Source of the DNA: Octopus bimaculoides
Taxonomy: Eukaryota
NCBI RefSeq assembly: GCF_001194135.2
Contig: NC_069008.1
Coordinates: forward strand, 12,751,044-12,815,043
Direction: 5' to 3'
Length of the DNA: 64,000 nucleotides
Below, piece after piece: positions 48,030 to 61,510 of this stretch. Both the position numbers and the translations under genes were made by a program. Below the pieces are notes generated by a model. It was given only the letters and a program-made list of their open reading frames with translations. It did not search any database and had not been told where the DNA came from. Numbering within the stretch: the stretch's first letter is position 1; each line of letters opens with the position of its first letter.

Positions 48030-49859
48030 TAATTTATGTTGTATTGTTTCAGCAAGTAATGTTTTGATGAGGTAAGAGAGTGAAGATAATCTTAAAATAA
48101 AAACTACTGTAGTAGTGCAGGTTACTTCTATTGTACTGCACTTAACTGTGCAGGCTAAGCCTCGCCAATGTTTGAACGAATTTGTAATGGCCATGCCAGC
48201 CTGGAAGCAATAAATTATGTTGAAATTTGTCTTAAGATAGATGAGGCTTAGCCCATACAGTCAAGTACTCTATGCTACATGTGTCCTACAACACTATGAT
48301 GGTTTTTATTTTGACATTATATACATATATTCATGCATGTGTCTGTGTTATATACATGTATGTCTGTATCTTCTTGTCTTGATATCACATGATTGTTGCA
48401 TATGAATGTCATTAGGATTGCAAATTATATGAGTAAATATGGTATTGTGTGGGGTGGGGGCATGGATTGTGTTTAAGCATTGATTAATCCTGGATGAACA
48501 AACTTGCAATATAAAACGGGTTGATTACAGGGACTTTTATGACCTTTCAAATGGAAATAAAGATTGTATTGAACCAAGGAAAGATGTTTAAATAACAAAG
48601 AAAATTTACAAAATACCTTGTACATGTGGCTTCTAACTACAGTTTGGTACCCCCACCACTGATTTTCATTTTATTTCACAATGACATCTCCTAGCATACA
48701 CTAAACAGGTTTCCTTGTTTTACTTAGAAATCCATCCACATTCTCTGGCCAGTACTTGTGGAAGGGTTGATGTGGGTAGGGACCTGAGATACCTCATTAC
48801 AAGGGTACAATCAGAGACAATGATCATTTCAGTCTCCAGTTGGAATCTGAAGTATAAGCAACTGAAATAATGACTATTATCCAATCATCTATTTCTTGGT
48901 CTATCCCTAGGACTGCCTTTTAGTTAGGCTTGAAGAATCTGCCTTGTGAGTCTTTTATGCAACTTTCTAACCACAAGTCTAAAATACAGGAGTTGTAATC
49001 TCTCAATGTAGAAAGAGTCCTTGATCTCCACAGTAGAGATCTTTTGGTGGAACCACATTTGGCCACTTGTATTCTTGATCATACTCTTTCAAACATCACC
49101 TAACCTTTCTTCTGCGAATTGAATGCTTGATGTGGCTCATTACTGTACCAGCACCTATAATTCTTTGAGTAGGAAAATAAGGGAAAAGAAAATACATGTA
49201 TCATAAATGCTTTGACAGAGTTTTTTCTAGATCTAAAATATTAAGGAATGAAAATAAATGGAATGTAGGAGTACTATTTCCCTTTGGCAGAACAGTTATC
49301 CATCTATGCATGATTTAGTTAGTGTAGCCAACTACTTTAACTTGTGCATAAACACATGCTGCTGCCTATCACCAGACATGGGGAAGTTTTTTAGTCAGTT
49401 CTAGTCAGGCTTCCACTGAAGCAAGATGTATCATCATGTCGCTGTCTGAACCCAACACCATGTGGAAAATATCTAATAGAGAAACATTCAGCACCTCACC
49501 TTGCACACCCAATCTCCAATGCACAGCTTTCACTGGGGGAGATTGCAAGAAATACTGCAATCGGTGTTGTTTTACAGTGCTTTCAGTTTTCAGTTTTTTT
49601 TTCACTTTTAATTAGTTCTTCCAGAACATTATGGAATACAGCTTTTGTTATGCTAAACATAAAAATAACCGCAAACAAGGATGTTTTGAAGTGTTGAATA
49701 TTTTGTGTTAAATAATTTGCAACGTATGAGAGGATACAAACCACAATTAAAGCTAGTCTCTTTTCTGTCGACCACTTCATTATCTACTTTGCAAGTCCTC
49801 GTCTACAGTTTGTCTCTTGCAAGTTCACCGAAAAGAAGAATGTTAATTAGATTTTATTG

Positions 49860-50601
49860 TTGTATTTCGGGACGGCCTTTTTTTTTTTTGCCAAATAAAC
49901 ACATGCACTATATATTTTTTCACTTGTTTATTACTCTCGTTCTCTCTTTTACTTGTTTCAGTCATTTGACTGCGGCCATGCTGGAGCACCGCCTTTAGTC
50001 GAACAAATCGACCCCAGGACTTATTCTTTGTAAGAACCGCTAAATTACGGGGACGTAAACGCACCAGCATCTGTTGTCAAGCGATGTTGGGGGGGACAAA
50101 CACAAACATATGCACACACACACATATATATATACATATATACGACAGGCTTCTTTCAGTTTCCATCTACCAAATCCACTCACAAAGCTTTGGTCGGCCC
50201 TGGGCTATAGTAGAAGACACTTACCCAAGGTGCCACGCAGTGGGGACTGAACCCAGAACCATGTGGTCGGTAAGCAAGCTACTTACCACACAGCCACTCC
50301 TGCGCCTACTGTTCTTATTTTTAAAAACTTTAACCTATGTCCATTGTCTGGAAATCTTTCGTCACACATCTGTGACCTCTTCAGCAACACTTTCGTTTTC
50401 GTGTGTGTTCTGCTCAAGTGGAGCAAAAACTAACATGAAAATGAAAAGTGTCGCTGAAGTGGTCGCAGATATGTTACGAAAGATTTCAGGACCAGGGACA
50501 TGAGTTAAAATAATAGAATAAGAACAGTAATAAACGAGTGAAGAAAAAATATATAGTGCGTGTGTTTATTTGGCAAAAAAAATTACCGTCCCGAAATACA
50601 A
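49860..50601. mobile_element. Palindromic MITE (~375 bp) with a SINE inserted in its left arm
   Basis: Outer arms TTGTATTTCGGGACGG.. 49860-49936 and 50520-50601; inner arms 50338-50405 and 50432-50502. Confidence 0.8.
49940..50306 (-). mobile_element. Full-length abundant tRNA-derived SINE
   Basis: Reverse complement ggcgcaggagtggctgtgtggtaagtagc...gggttcagtcccactgcgtggcaccttgggtaagtgtc...gactgaaacaagtaaaagag. Confidence 0.88.
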
Positions 50602-50787
50602 TACCGGTTTCTACACACGATTTCACATCAGGAATCTTGCAACACAAATTCATAACCGTAAATTTGATTTTAATTAAACCGAAATTTTTTTTAATAAATT
50701 TTTTTGATATTTACATCTGTTTATTCGATTTTTTTGCTCCGGTGTTATTTTAAAGTATTTTTCCCTTTTAATTTGTGCTTTTTAGCA

Positions 50788-50935
50788 AGTTTCAATTGGC
50801 AACTCTCTCCTTCTACCGGAGAATTTAAGAAATACACAGCATATAAAGGGGGACAACTTCATACTTTGTCCCACGAAGAGGTCGATTTAATTGTTAATTG
50901 TGCACTGACTAATTGCATGTGAAGAACGGTAAGTT
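50788..50935 (+). promoter_or_regulatory. Putative core promoter and first exon of ZNF-B3
   Basis: ATTGG 50795-50799, TATAAAGGGG at 50842, donor AACG|GTAAGT at 50929. Confidence 0.65.
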
Positions 50936-51319
50936 GACAAAGATTTCCTTGAATAATAAATCTGTAATAATGTGTGTAAGTGAGAGAATTGTTATTCTTC
51001 AACGGTACAGCAACTCTTTACAAGTGAAAACACCTAACAATGTTAGGACAAAGATATTTGCTCCCGAAAGTCGTCGTTTTGCTGTACAGGATAATACTTC
51101 CAGACTGAAATGTCGATCTGTTATTTGTAAATAGATTCACTATGTGAAGTGATAGAAGGAGATAAATGTTTTGATCAAATATTTTGCAATCAATCGCTTT
51201 GAGTTTCTGAGTTGTCACTAACAACTTGTCAGTTACCCTGTTTTAAACTATGATAAAAAAACAACAACAACAACAACAAAAATTACATTTTTTCGTAGCC
51301 TTGTGAATTCCTGATTGTA

Positions 51320-51531
51320 CAGGGTGTCCACAAAGTCTGGGTATATGGAGTAAATAAAATCGTAGCATAAACAATTAAAAATAAGAAATAATAATTTCTT
51401 AAAGTATGTGTTAATTCCCACATGAGTACACGGAGTAAATAAAATCATAACATAAACAGTTAAATATAAGAAATAATAGTTTCTTAAAGTATATGTTAAT
51501 CCATATGTACCCAGATTTTGTGGACACCCTG
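51320..51531. mobile_element. Tc1/mariner-type MITE, 212 bp
   Basis: TA|CAGGGTGTCCACAAAGTCTGGGTA ... TACCCAGATTTTGTGGACACCCTG|TA, with an internal ~80-bp direct repeat. Confidence 0.88.
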
Positions 51532-52189
51532 TAGAATACAAATTCGTTAGAATTTTCAGAAAATTCCAAAAATATAAACTATGAGAGTTTATATGCTGAG
51601 CTTAATGCAGATTTCCTAGGAATTTTAAAATAAATATCGTGCACGAGTATGATTTTGTTGTGCAACGATTATGATCAACTTATTAAATGGTTTAAAAGAT
51701 TTATAATTCTAGCTTAACTTTGTGCGTGTGATTTTGGCCATAATTGTTGATCTGTAAAATTTATCTCTAATCGCAAGCTGGCTGCTCTATTACTTTGAAC
51801 TTTCCATCAGCTTCTATCACACGTTGCTCAGCACGACTATAATTACCATCATCTCGGACAAATGCCGCACTTCAGTTCTCAACGAAAGAATACCTGAAAA
51901 ACATTTGAATTGACATACAGTTTACAGTCCCAAAATAGTGGAAATAAATTGTTTAGAATATGAAAGTGAATTGCGATAGAAAGTAAAAGTGACGACATTG
52001 AGATCCCGTAATTTGTGACTTTTATATAATGTTGACACATGGTATATTCGGTATGTGATGTGCCAGCGTATCCAATACATAAATGTGTGTGTACGTATGG
52101 CTGTGTGAAAAGAAGCTTGCTTCCCAACCAGGTGGATCTGGGTTCTGTCCCACTGCTTGGGCAGCTGTCTTCTTCCATAGACTGAGAAG

Positions 52190-52800
52190 TTATTTTGCAT
52201 CTATTCACTAGTTTCTTTGTCAAATATCTAGAGTTTAAGGTGCATACTTTATTCCTAGCACAATTACAGAGACCGTGTACCCTGTTCCTATTATTTATTG
52301 CGTTATAGTTCCTGCTACATGACTCTGCTGCGCTTGTTTCTAACAATCTGCCGTATTTTGTAAGCTTTCAATCCATAGGTGTTTGTGGTCTGCTATTTCT
52401 AGCGATTCACACTTCCTGTCTTCCCTCATTTGCTGGCTCTTAGTTTATTACCCCCCACCCCCACCCCGTAGTGTGTGTTATATTGGTATTAGCATTCGAG
52501 TCCCTTCTGTTATTAACTATTCTTGTCCTGTCAGCTAGTTTAATATTATCAATATTGCCGTCAATGAGTTCATTTTTCTGGTCTATTCTAGATTCATTAG
52601 TCTTTCGGAAGTGAGATGTAGTCTTCTTGCGTTGCGTGTCCCTATTATCTGCACTAGTGGAAAAAGTGAGCTGGACATTGCGGGTATTTGGTATTTGGTA
52701 GACTTGAAAAAGTGTTTCTCGATCGTAGTGTAGGACTGCTTCAGAATGTTGGAAACTATTTGTCCCCCAAATCCAACATTGTACCATAGTCCTTGAATTC
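52190..52800 (-). mobile_element. Penelope-like (Naiad-like) fragment
   Basis: IEKHFFKSTKY / NTRNVQLTFST, an Asn/Thr-rich linker, then LCNCARNKVCTLNSRYLTKKLV. Homology with 40920-41100 resumes at 53395-53590. Confidence 0.55.
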
Positions 52801-52814
52801 CTATTACTATGTAT

Positions 52815-53390
52815 TGTGTACAATATGTTGTACTTGAGAAGACTCATCAAGTCAAGTGAAATTGTAGTCGTGGCTGATACCTGGGTTGCATAACTTTCAC
52901 CTGTGCCATAAAAAGCACCCTTTGAATATTGGGTGATATGCCGTACTTGAGAGGACCCTATTACTTTGGGCATTATTATGTATTGTGTACAATATGCTGT
53001 GTATGAGAAGACCTGTAAAGCGAAGGGAAATCGTAGTTGTGGTTGATTCCAGTGTTGTGTAACTTACATGTAAAAAGCACCCTTCAAATGTTGGGCCTCA
53101 CAGAGGCAGTGAGAAATGACTGAGACCTTTGTTGACATACTGTGCTAGAGAAGACCTTTCAAGCCAGGTGAAATCGTAATCGTGGCTGATACCAGTGTTA
53201 CATAAGTGGCACCCATGCTGATGGCACGTAAATATCACCCACTATACTCTTGGAGTGGTTGATGTTAGGAAGGGTATCTCGCTGTAAAAGCCATACCAAA
53301 TCAAATTGGAACCTGGTGCAGCTTACCAGTTTTCAGTCAATCTTTCCAACCCATGCCAGCATGGAAAACGGACGTTAAATGATGTTCATG
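52815..53390 (+). mobile_element. RTE-type LINE 3' UTR (several repeated units)
   Basis: Repeated gaagac..tcaagtcaagtgaaatt/cgtagtcgtggctgat units; ends ggacgttaaatgatg. Confidence 0.75.
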
Positions 53391-53789
53391 ATGTATGGTT
53401 GTTAATGTTAGAGCCTTTCTTTTTTCGGTGGTGGCTGTGTGGGTATGTGGGGCTCTTGCTATCATATTTCTTTGTTTTGTGCATGTGTACACCTAGGATA
53501 GCTTACTTCACTTCTAAGGTTTAGTGTTCTATGATTTGTGCGATTATTTCCACTTGGTAGTTGCACCTGATATTACCTCTCGTTATAATAAATAAATAAG
53601 TTACAGTAACTTATATGTTGTAGTAAAAGCAACATGTTCTTTGTCTATCTCCTTAACTTCTTGGAGACTTTAGGTATAATTATACTAATGTGTCCATCTG
53701 TTCTAATTTAATTAAATTCTATGTCTTTGTGCAGCTGAGGATTGCTCTGCATTTTAAATTGATGTAATGATTGCATTGTTCAATTAAAT

Positions 53790-54248
53790 GGAGTTGCATG
53801 AAACGATCGTACTGCATTACCTCTAGATATCCTTGTTGCTTATTTTGTTGCGAAGACTTATTGGGGCAAGCGAAAGCAAAATCGGGATGGCACCTGTGCC
53901 CAGCGTCGCCTTTCTGGCACTTGTGCCCGTGACATGTGCAAGGATTTTCAAGCGAGATCATTGCCAGTGCCCCTGGACTGGCTCTTGTGCAGGTGGCACA
54001 TAAAATACACCATTTTGAGCGTGGTCGTTGCCAGTACTGCCTGACTGGCCTTTGTGCCGGTGGCACGTAAAAACACCCACTACACTCTCGGAGTGGTTGG
54101 CGTTAGGAAGGGCATCCAGCTGTAGAAATGCTGCCAAATCAGATTGGAGTCTAGTGTAGCCATCTAGTTTCACCAGTCCTCAGTCAAATCGTCCAACCCG
54201 TGCTAGCATGGAGAGCGGACGTTAAACGACGGATGATGATGATGACGA
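53790..54248 (+). mobile_element. RTE-type LINE 3' end, young
   Basis: Close to the reverse complement of 10755-10995; (GAT)n tail. Confidence 0.85.
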
Positions 54249-54774
54249 TATATATATATATATACACACAAAGATATATATACTATTTGTCTTTCTGTCT
54301 TCTTCCCTGCTTTCCACGGCACTTCTTCATTCCTGTATTCTGATGGAAGAAAGAAACCTGAATGACTCTTTCCCTTCTACTGTTCAAGCAGGAAAACTTG
54401 TCCCTCTGGTCATGTTTTTGAATCTTTTCTTTTTTTCATTATTCTCATTCATTACATGTTTCTCTCTCACTCTGTCTCTCTATGTATGCTATCAATCAGT
54501 TTCATTTCTCTATTTCTTCTCCATAGAGAAAGAGCCGGACTCTAACATAGATTCAAGGCTCCTTCATTGGAACTTTTATCAACGTCATCTAGGTATTTGT
54601 GCATATGTGTGTGTGTGCAGTATTTGGTGTTAGTGTATGCGCAGATTTGTATGTTTGTTTTATGGATGCGTTTTTATGTCTAGATGCATGCATATGTATT
54701 TATGTGCTAAATTTTTGGAAAGTTTTACATATCTTTACAGTTCCATTGATGGCTTGAATCTGTAATGTATGTAT

Positions 54775-55322
54775 GTATATACTCTTTTACTTGTTTCAGT
54801 CATTTGACTGCGNNNNNNNNNNNNNNNNNNNNNNNNNNNNNNNNNNNNNNNNNNNNNNNNNNNNNNNNNNNNNNNNNNNNNNNNNNNNNNNNNNNNNNNN
54901 NNNNNNNNNNNNNNNNNNNNNNNNNNNNNNNNNNNNNNNNNNNNNNNNNNNNNNNNNNNNNNNNNNNNNNNNNNNNNNNNNNNNNNNNNNNNNNNNNNNN
55001 NNNNNNNNNNNNNNNNNNNNNNNNNNNNNNNNNNNCTCTTTTGCCGAACCGCTAAGTTATGGGGACGTAAGCACACCGGCATTTGTTGTCAAGCGATGTT
55101 GGGGGGACAAACACAGACACACAAACATATACACACACATTCATATATATATACATATATACGATGGGCTTCTTTCAGTTTCCGTCTACCAAATCCACTC
55201 ACAAGGCTTTGGTCGGCCCAAGGCTATACTAGAAGACACTTGCCCAAGGTGCCACGCAGTGGGACTGAACCCATAACCATGTGGTTGATAAGCAAGCTAC
55301 TTACCACACAGCCACTCCTGCG

Positions 55323-55324
<2 letters not shown>
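54775..55324 (-). mobile_element. Abundant SINE (contains an assembly gap)
   Basis: Matches 49940-50306 on both sides of the Ns. Confidence 0.85.
54813..55035. other. Assembly gap (N run)
   Basis: N bases. Confidence 1.
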
Positions 55325-55381
<57 letters not shown>

Positions 55382-55437
55382 AAGCATATATATATGTAAA
55401 CATATACATATACGTGTGTGCACATACATAGGTGTAT

Positions 55438-56030
55438 ATCATCATCATCATCTGTTTTCCATGCTGGCATGGGTTGGACGGTTTGACTGAGGTCTGGAGA
55501 GCCAGATGGCTGCACCAGGCTCCAATCTGATCTAGCAATGTTTCTACAGCTGGATGCTCTTCCTAACATCAACCACTCCACGAGTGTAGTGGGTGTTTTT
55601 TACGTGCCACTAGCACAGGCCAGTCAGGCAGACCTGGCACTGGCCACACCTATGATTGCATCGGCCATGGCTGTGATCTCACTTTAGTTGCTTGGTCTTC
55701 TCAATCCAAAGGTCTCGGTCTCCTGTCATTGCTTCTATGAGGCCTAACGTTCGAAGGTCATGCTTTACCACCTCATCCCATGTCTTCCTGGGTCTACCTC
55801 TTCCACAGTTAGGGTGTGGCACTTCCTCACACAGCTGTCCTCATCCATACGTAACACATGACTATACCAGCACAGTTGTCTCTCTTGTACACTACATTTG
55901 CTGCTTCTTATGTTCAACTTTTCTTTCAGGGTGCTTGCACTCTGTCGTGTATGCACACTGACATTACACACCCAGCGGATCATACTAGCTTCATTTCTTT
56001 CAAGCCTACACATGATCTCAAGAGTGTTGG
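55438..56030 (-). mobile_element. RTE-type LINE 3' fragment
   Basis: ORF 55765-56013 (RLERNEASMIRWVCNVSV...VLRMDEDSCVRKCH), followed by the tail. Confidence 0.85.
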
Positions 56031-56937
56031 CTCATGCTAATTAAAAAGCACCCAGAACACTGGGTTGACATTAAGAAAGGTATCTATCTGTTAAAACCAT
56101 GGCAGAGCAGACAGTAGAGCAGGGTGCAGTTCTCTGGCTTGCCAGCTTCTGTCAAATTACCCAACCCATACTAGCATGGATAACAGACTTAAATATTGAT
56201 GGTGATGATGATGATGTCATAGTCGAAGGGAAAAGGGGTAATGTCTATGATCTATTTTAGGGTCTCAAAAACTAGATGGTAGTGGTGGTGTGGAGGGAAA
56301 GTTTCAGATAGGAGACATCGCCTGGATTCTTGCAATGAGGTGGATACTACTAAAGATGCCCAAAGCACCAGCGGTGGTGGGGGAGGGGTGTTAAACTGAG
56401 TGAGGGATTATGTTTGATACCAATAAAGCAATCCCAGATATACTATGGCTGAAAATAAGAGAGAGAGAGAGAGAAGTAAAAAAAAAATGTCCTCTATATC
56501 TTACACTGTCATTTCTCTCTTTTATTTCAGATGATCGGACGACATTAGCATCATGGCATTGCTTCCATCATCAGTATTTATCACCTTTTAAAACTGAAAG
56601 AAAATATTGTACAGAAAAGATTTCATAACTGTAGAGAATTACAGTAAAATATTTCTTCTGAACTGAGATTGATAGCAACGTTTCTCTCCTTAAATATTTG
56701 GAATGTCTACAATGTGATATTGTACACCAATTAAACTTGGATAATTTTATAAAGAATCCTACAGCATCTTCAGATATTACCAGAGATTGCAGTTGATGGA
56801 AATAGAGTTGTAAAATTATTTGTTAGCAATAAACTTTTGAATGAAAATAGGAAATGTATCCATGTGATGATAAAAGTAAAATAATGGACAAATGGATTGT
56901 GTGAGAAAACTGAAAAATATATTGTTATTGCAAAGAG

Positions 56938-57831
56938 ATGTCGAAAGAGAAACCACAATCAAGATATCAGTGCAATATCTGTAAAACGTTTTTCACTTAC
57001 AAACATAGTTTAACTACACACAAACGTATACATACAGGAGAGAAGCCATTTCACTGTGATATCTGTGGTGAATCATTCTCTGTTCGAATTGATTTGACTA
57101 AACACAAACGTATTCATTCTGGAAAGAGGCTATTTCACTGTGATATCTGTGGTAAATTATGCTCTTGTGGGAGTGCCTTAATATCTCACAAACGTATTCA
57201 TACGGGGGAGAAGCCAGTTTACTGTGATATCTGTGGTAAATCATTCTCTCAAAGTAGCTGTTTAACTTATCACAAACGTATTCATACAGGAGAGAAGCCA
57301 TTTGATTGTGATATCTGCGGTAAATCATTTCCTGCTGGAAGTTCTTTAACATCTCACAAGCGTATTCATACAGGAGAGAAACCATTTCACTGTGATATCT
57401 GTGGTAAATCATTCTCTTTTCGAAGTGCCTTAGTATCTCACAAGCGTATTCATACTGGAGAGAGGCCATTTCACTGTGATATCTGTGGTAAATCGTTCTC
57501 TGAAAGAAGGAATTTAACTAATCACAAACGTATTCATACTGGAGAGAAGCCATTTAATTGTGATATCTGTGGTAAATCATTCTCTCGAAGTAGCAATTTA
57601 ACTGTCCACAAGCGTATTCATACTGGGGAGAAGCCATTTCACTGTGATATTTGTGGTAAACCATTCTGTCAAATTGGGAATTTAACTGATCACAAGCGTA
57701 CTCACACAGGAGAGAAGCCATTTGAATGCGATATCTGTAGTAAATCATTCTCTCTTCATAGCACTTTAACCAAACATAAATGTATTCACACAGGGAAGCA
57801 GCCATTTCACTGTGATTTCTATGGTAAATGA
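56938..57831 (+). CDS. C2H2 zinc-finger protein ZNF-B3, 297 aa, 10 intact fingers
   Basis: [15 protein letters not shown]...; acceptor TTTCAG| at 56530. The stop TGA replaces the TCA (Ser) of an 11th finger. Confidence 0.92.
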   Translation: MSKEKPQSRYQCNICKTFFTYKHSLTTHKRIHTGEKPFHCDICGESFSVRIDLTKHKRIHSGKRLFHCDICGKLCSCGSALISHKRIHTGEKPVYCDICGKSFSQSSCLTYHKRIHTGEKPFDCDICGKSFPAGSSLTSHKRIHTGEKPFHCDICGKSFSFRSALVSHKRIHTGERPFHCDICGKSFSERRNLTNHKRIHTGEKPFNCDICGKSFSRSSNLTVHKRIHTGEKPFHCDICGKPFCQIGNLTDHKRTHTGEKPFECDICSKSFSLHSTLTKHKCIHTGKQPFHCDFYGK

Positions 57832-58000
<169 letters not shown>

Positions 58001-58658
58001 AAATTGATTCTAAAAATCTTTGTCTTATGTAACCACAAATAAAAGAAATATCTTGCCTAACTGTAAATGTATTCACACATGACCTACCATGTAACAGTAT
58101 ATAAGAGCAACTACTTGACTCTATATGTTATATATATCCTATCCACAATTGTATTTATATTTTAATAAAATTGCCCTTTCAAAACATTCATCACTTGGCT
58201 GTGTGATAAAGAAGTTTGCTTTCAAACCACATAGGATTGGTTCATTCCCACTGCATAGTATCTTGGACAAGTGTCTTATATATGCTGAGTTGATCAAAGC
58301 TTTGTCAGTGCTTTGGAAGGTCCTTCGTGTGTTTGTGTGTGTGTATATATATATAGTATATGTATGTATGTATATACACTATGTTGTAATGTTTCAACAA
58401 GTAATGTTTTGATCAGATAAGAGAGTGAAGATAATTTTGAAATAAAAACCACCATAGTGGTGAACATTACTTGCATCATATAGCACTCGACTGTGCCAGC
58501 TAAGCCTTGTTAATCTTAAGACGAATTTGTTATGACCACACCAGCATGGAAGCAATAAATTATGTTATGATTTGTCTTTAGGCAAAGCTTCACCTGTACA
58601 GTTGAGTGCTCTATGACACAAGTGTCCTACAACAATATATTGGTTTTTATTTTAAGAG

Positions 58659-58693
<35 letters not shown>

Positions 58694-60327
58694 TGTGTAC
58701 CTGTATGTATCTTCTTGTCTTGATATCATGTGAGTGTTGTATATGAATATTGTTATGATTGCAAATTATGTATGAATAAATATGGTATTTTGTTGGGTGG
58801 GGGCATGGGTTGTGTTTAAGCATTGATTAATCTTGAATGAACAAGCTTACAATGTAAAGCATGTTCATTATGGATTTTTATGACATTTCAAATGGAAATA
58901 AAAATCATGTTGAACCAAGGAAAGATGTTTAAATAAAAAAGAAAATTTACAAAAATACCTTGTATATGGTGTCTAACTACAGTTTAGTACCCCACCACTG
59001 ATTCTCATTTTATTTCAGAATGACATCTCATAACCTAGATTAAACAAGTTTCCTTGTTTTACTTCGAAATCCATCCACTTTCTCTGCCCAGTATTTGTGG
59101 AAGGGTTGATGAGGGTAGAGTCATGAGATATCTCATCAGTGGAATACTATCAGACACATTGATCATTACAGTCTTCAAATTTTCTATGAAGAACTCCAAA
59201 ATTGATTCACACACCCTGCACCACCTCATCTTGTTGTCTAAAACTGAAAATGAATTGCCGAGAAGAGAAAGTAAACAGAAATATATTTTACATACCTGTC
59301 GTACACGTCAGTTTTGTTTTTTGTTTTTTTTTTGCTTTAAAGGTAGACGATTCTCATAGAAGCAAACACGATATTGAATAATTCTCCGTCACTCGTCTAT
59401 GACCCTACCACTTTTTTTTTTTTTTAAGTAAAGATAAATACTTTTTACTTGTGATAATAAAACATTAATAAAGAAGATTAATAATGAAAAATTAATATCT
59501 CTTGCAAACGAGAAGGTGGCATTTTCTCTCTTTTTGAATATTTAATTAGAAAAGAGAATATGTTGTTACCAAAAAACTTTGAGATTAATCCAATGAGTTG
59601 ACAGTAAGGTATGTAAAAGTACTTTTCTACACAAAATTTCTGTGTACGGTCCTGTCGCGCACGCATTCACACCAACACTTTCACACAAAGGTTGGTTGTT
59701 AATAAACAATTGTGATGAGATAAACATTCGGTAAATATTTACAATAACACCGTACTTGCTAACTCATAACCCTAACTGGCATTTTCTCTCTTTTATCCCT
59801 GTACTATAGCGTAAAACTTAAAATTCGATGTTGCACGCAACATATGTAATTTTCAGAAGAAAAAGAAACAGTAAGGTTTCTAAATAACGAAAGGACTTCA
59901 TATGGATGCACGCCCAAAGTCATTTATTCATTCGGTCCTTTACGCAATATACACTGTAGGATATTTTTCAGTTTATACGGTAAACTTAATAAAGTTTAAA
60001 GTTCAATATTCCCGTGACATAAGTTAGAGATATTGACACGAATTATTCAAATTGTTCGTGGAATGGACCTAATAGAATTAGCTAGAGTACACTCGATATA
60101 TCATATTTAAATCTGATGTCAATATTTCTACTTGGATAGGAATTAGAAAATGTTATATCTTGATAAACTTCCAATACATATTTTGAATATTTTTGAAACA
60201 ACTCGTCTTATCAGGATTTATTCGTGGATATGGATTGAAAAATATTATATGCTGATATAATTACCTATTCTAAATATTCTTGGAGCAACTTGACTTATTA
60301 ACACTGGATATTTATGTATGTATGTGT

Positions 60328-60660
60328 ATATGAAAGATAATGTGTGTGTGTGAGAGAGTGACTGCCACTTACACATACATGCGAAAAATGCATACATGAC
60401 AACACATCTTCACTCACTCACTCTCACACACACACGCAAAAAAGATGTATGTATATGTATTTATGTAAGGATGTGAATATGAAAGATAGTGAGAGAGAGA
60501 GTGCCACTTCCAGATACATGACAACACACCTTCACTCTCTCTCACACACATGCAAATATATAAAAGATGCATGCATCTACGTGTATATGAAAGATGTGTG
60601 TGTGAGAGAGAGAATGCCACTTACACATACATACAAAAAATATGCATAACAACACACCCG
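60328..60660. repeat. Degenerate ~130-bp minisatellite (about 3 units) built from GT/GA/CA microsatellites
   Basis: atgaaagat..gtgagagag..tgccactt..acatac..acaacacac recurs three times. Confidence 0.6.
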
Positions 60661-60829
60661 AGTGAATGGCAGATTTGGAGGTATAGTAAAGTGAGGCGGT
60701 AATCTTTGAGATCGAAGGGGGGTGCATGTGAGGAAAGGGTTGCAATGTCAATAGTCAAGGGGCCTGACCAGAGCAGGAAGGGTGAGAGGAGAAGTGAGGG
60801 AAGGAAGGAAGGAAGGGCAGGGGGCGTTC

Positions 60830-61510
60830 TCTTTTGCCTTGGTGCATTTGCTACTAAGGGCCTCTACTCAGGATGAAAGGTAGACTGTACGATGCATATG
60901 TGCGAACTGCTATGCTATATGGCAGTAAAACATGGGCCATGATTGCTGAGGACATGCATAAGCTTGATGGAAATGAAGCTGGTATGATCCACTGTATGTG
61001 TAATGTCAGTGTGCATACACAACAGAGTGTAAGCGCCCTGGGAGAAATGTTGGACGTAAGAAGCATCAAATGTGGCGTGCAAGATAGATGACTGCACTGG
61101 TATGGTCATGTGTTAGGTATGGATGAGGACAGCTATGTGAGGAAGTGCCACTCCCTAACTGTGGAAGGAACCTGTGGAAGAGGTAGACCCAGGAAAACAT
61201 GGAATGAGGTGGTGAAGCATGACCTACAAACATTGGACCTCACAGATGCAATGACAGGAGAGCAAGACCATTGGAGATATGCTGTGATTGAGAAGACCCG
61301 ACAGCTGAAATGAGATCGCAGCCATGCATGTCTATCCCAGTTATGAGTACCCCTGTTGCATCAGACGATATGATATGCTTGAGAAGACCTGTTGAGTCAA
61401 GTGAAACCAATACCGTATGTGTGGGCAGTGCCCCCTAATTGGCTCCCATGCCATTGACACGGAAAAAGCACCATCCGAACATGGTCAATGCCAGGTCCGC
61501 CTGACTGGCT
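60830..61510 (+). mobile_element. RTE-type LINE 3' fragment
   Basis: KGRLYDAYVRTAMLYGSKTW...WYGHVLGMDEDSYVRKCHSLTVEGTCGRGRPRKTW...EKTRQLK*. Confidence 0.88.

Noticed and set aside
52440-52973. 177-aa minus-strand ORF, and 51879-52346
   Set aside because: Chimeric read-through of RTE 3' UTR, PLE remnant and SINE sequence.
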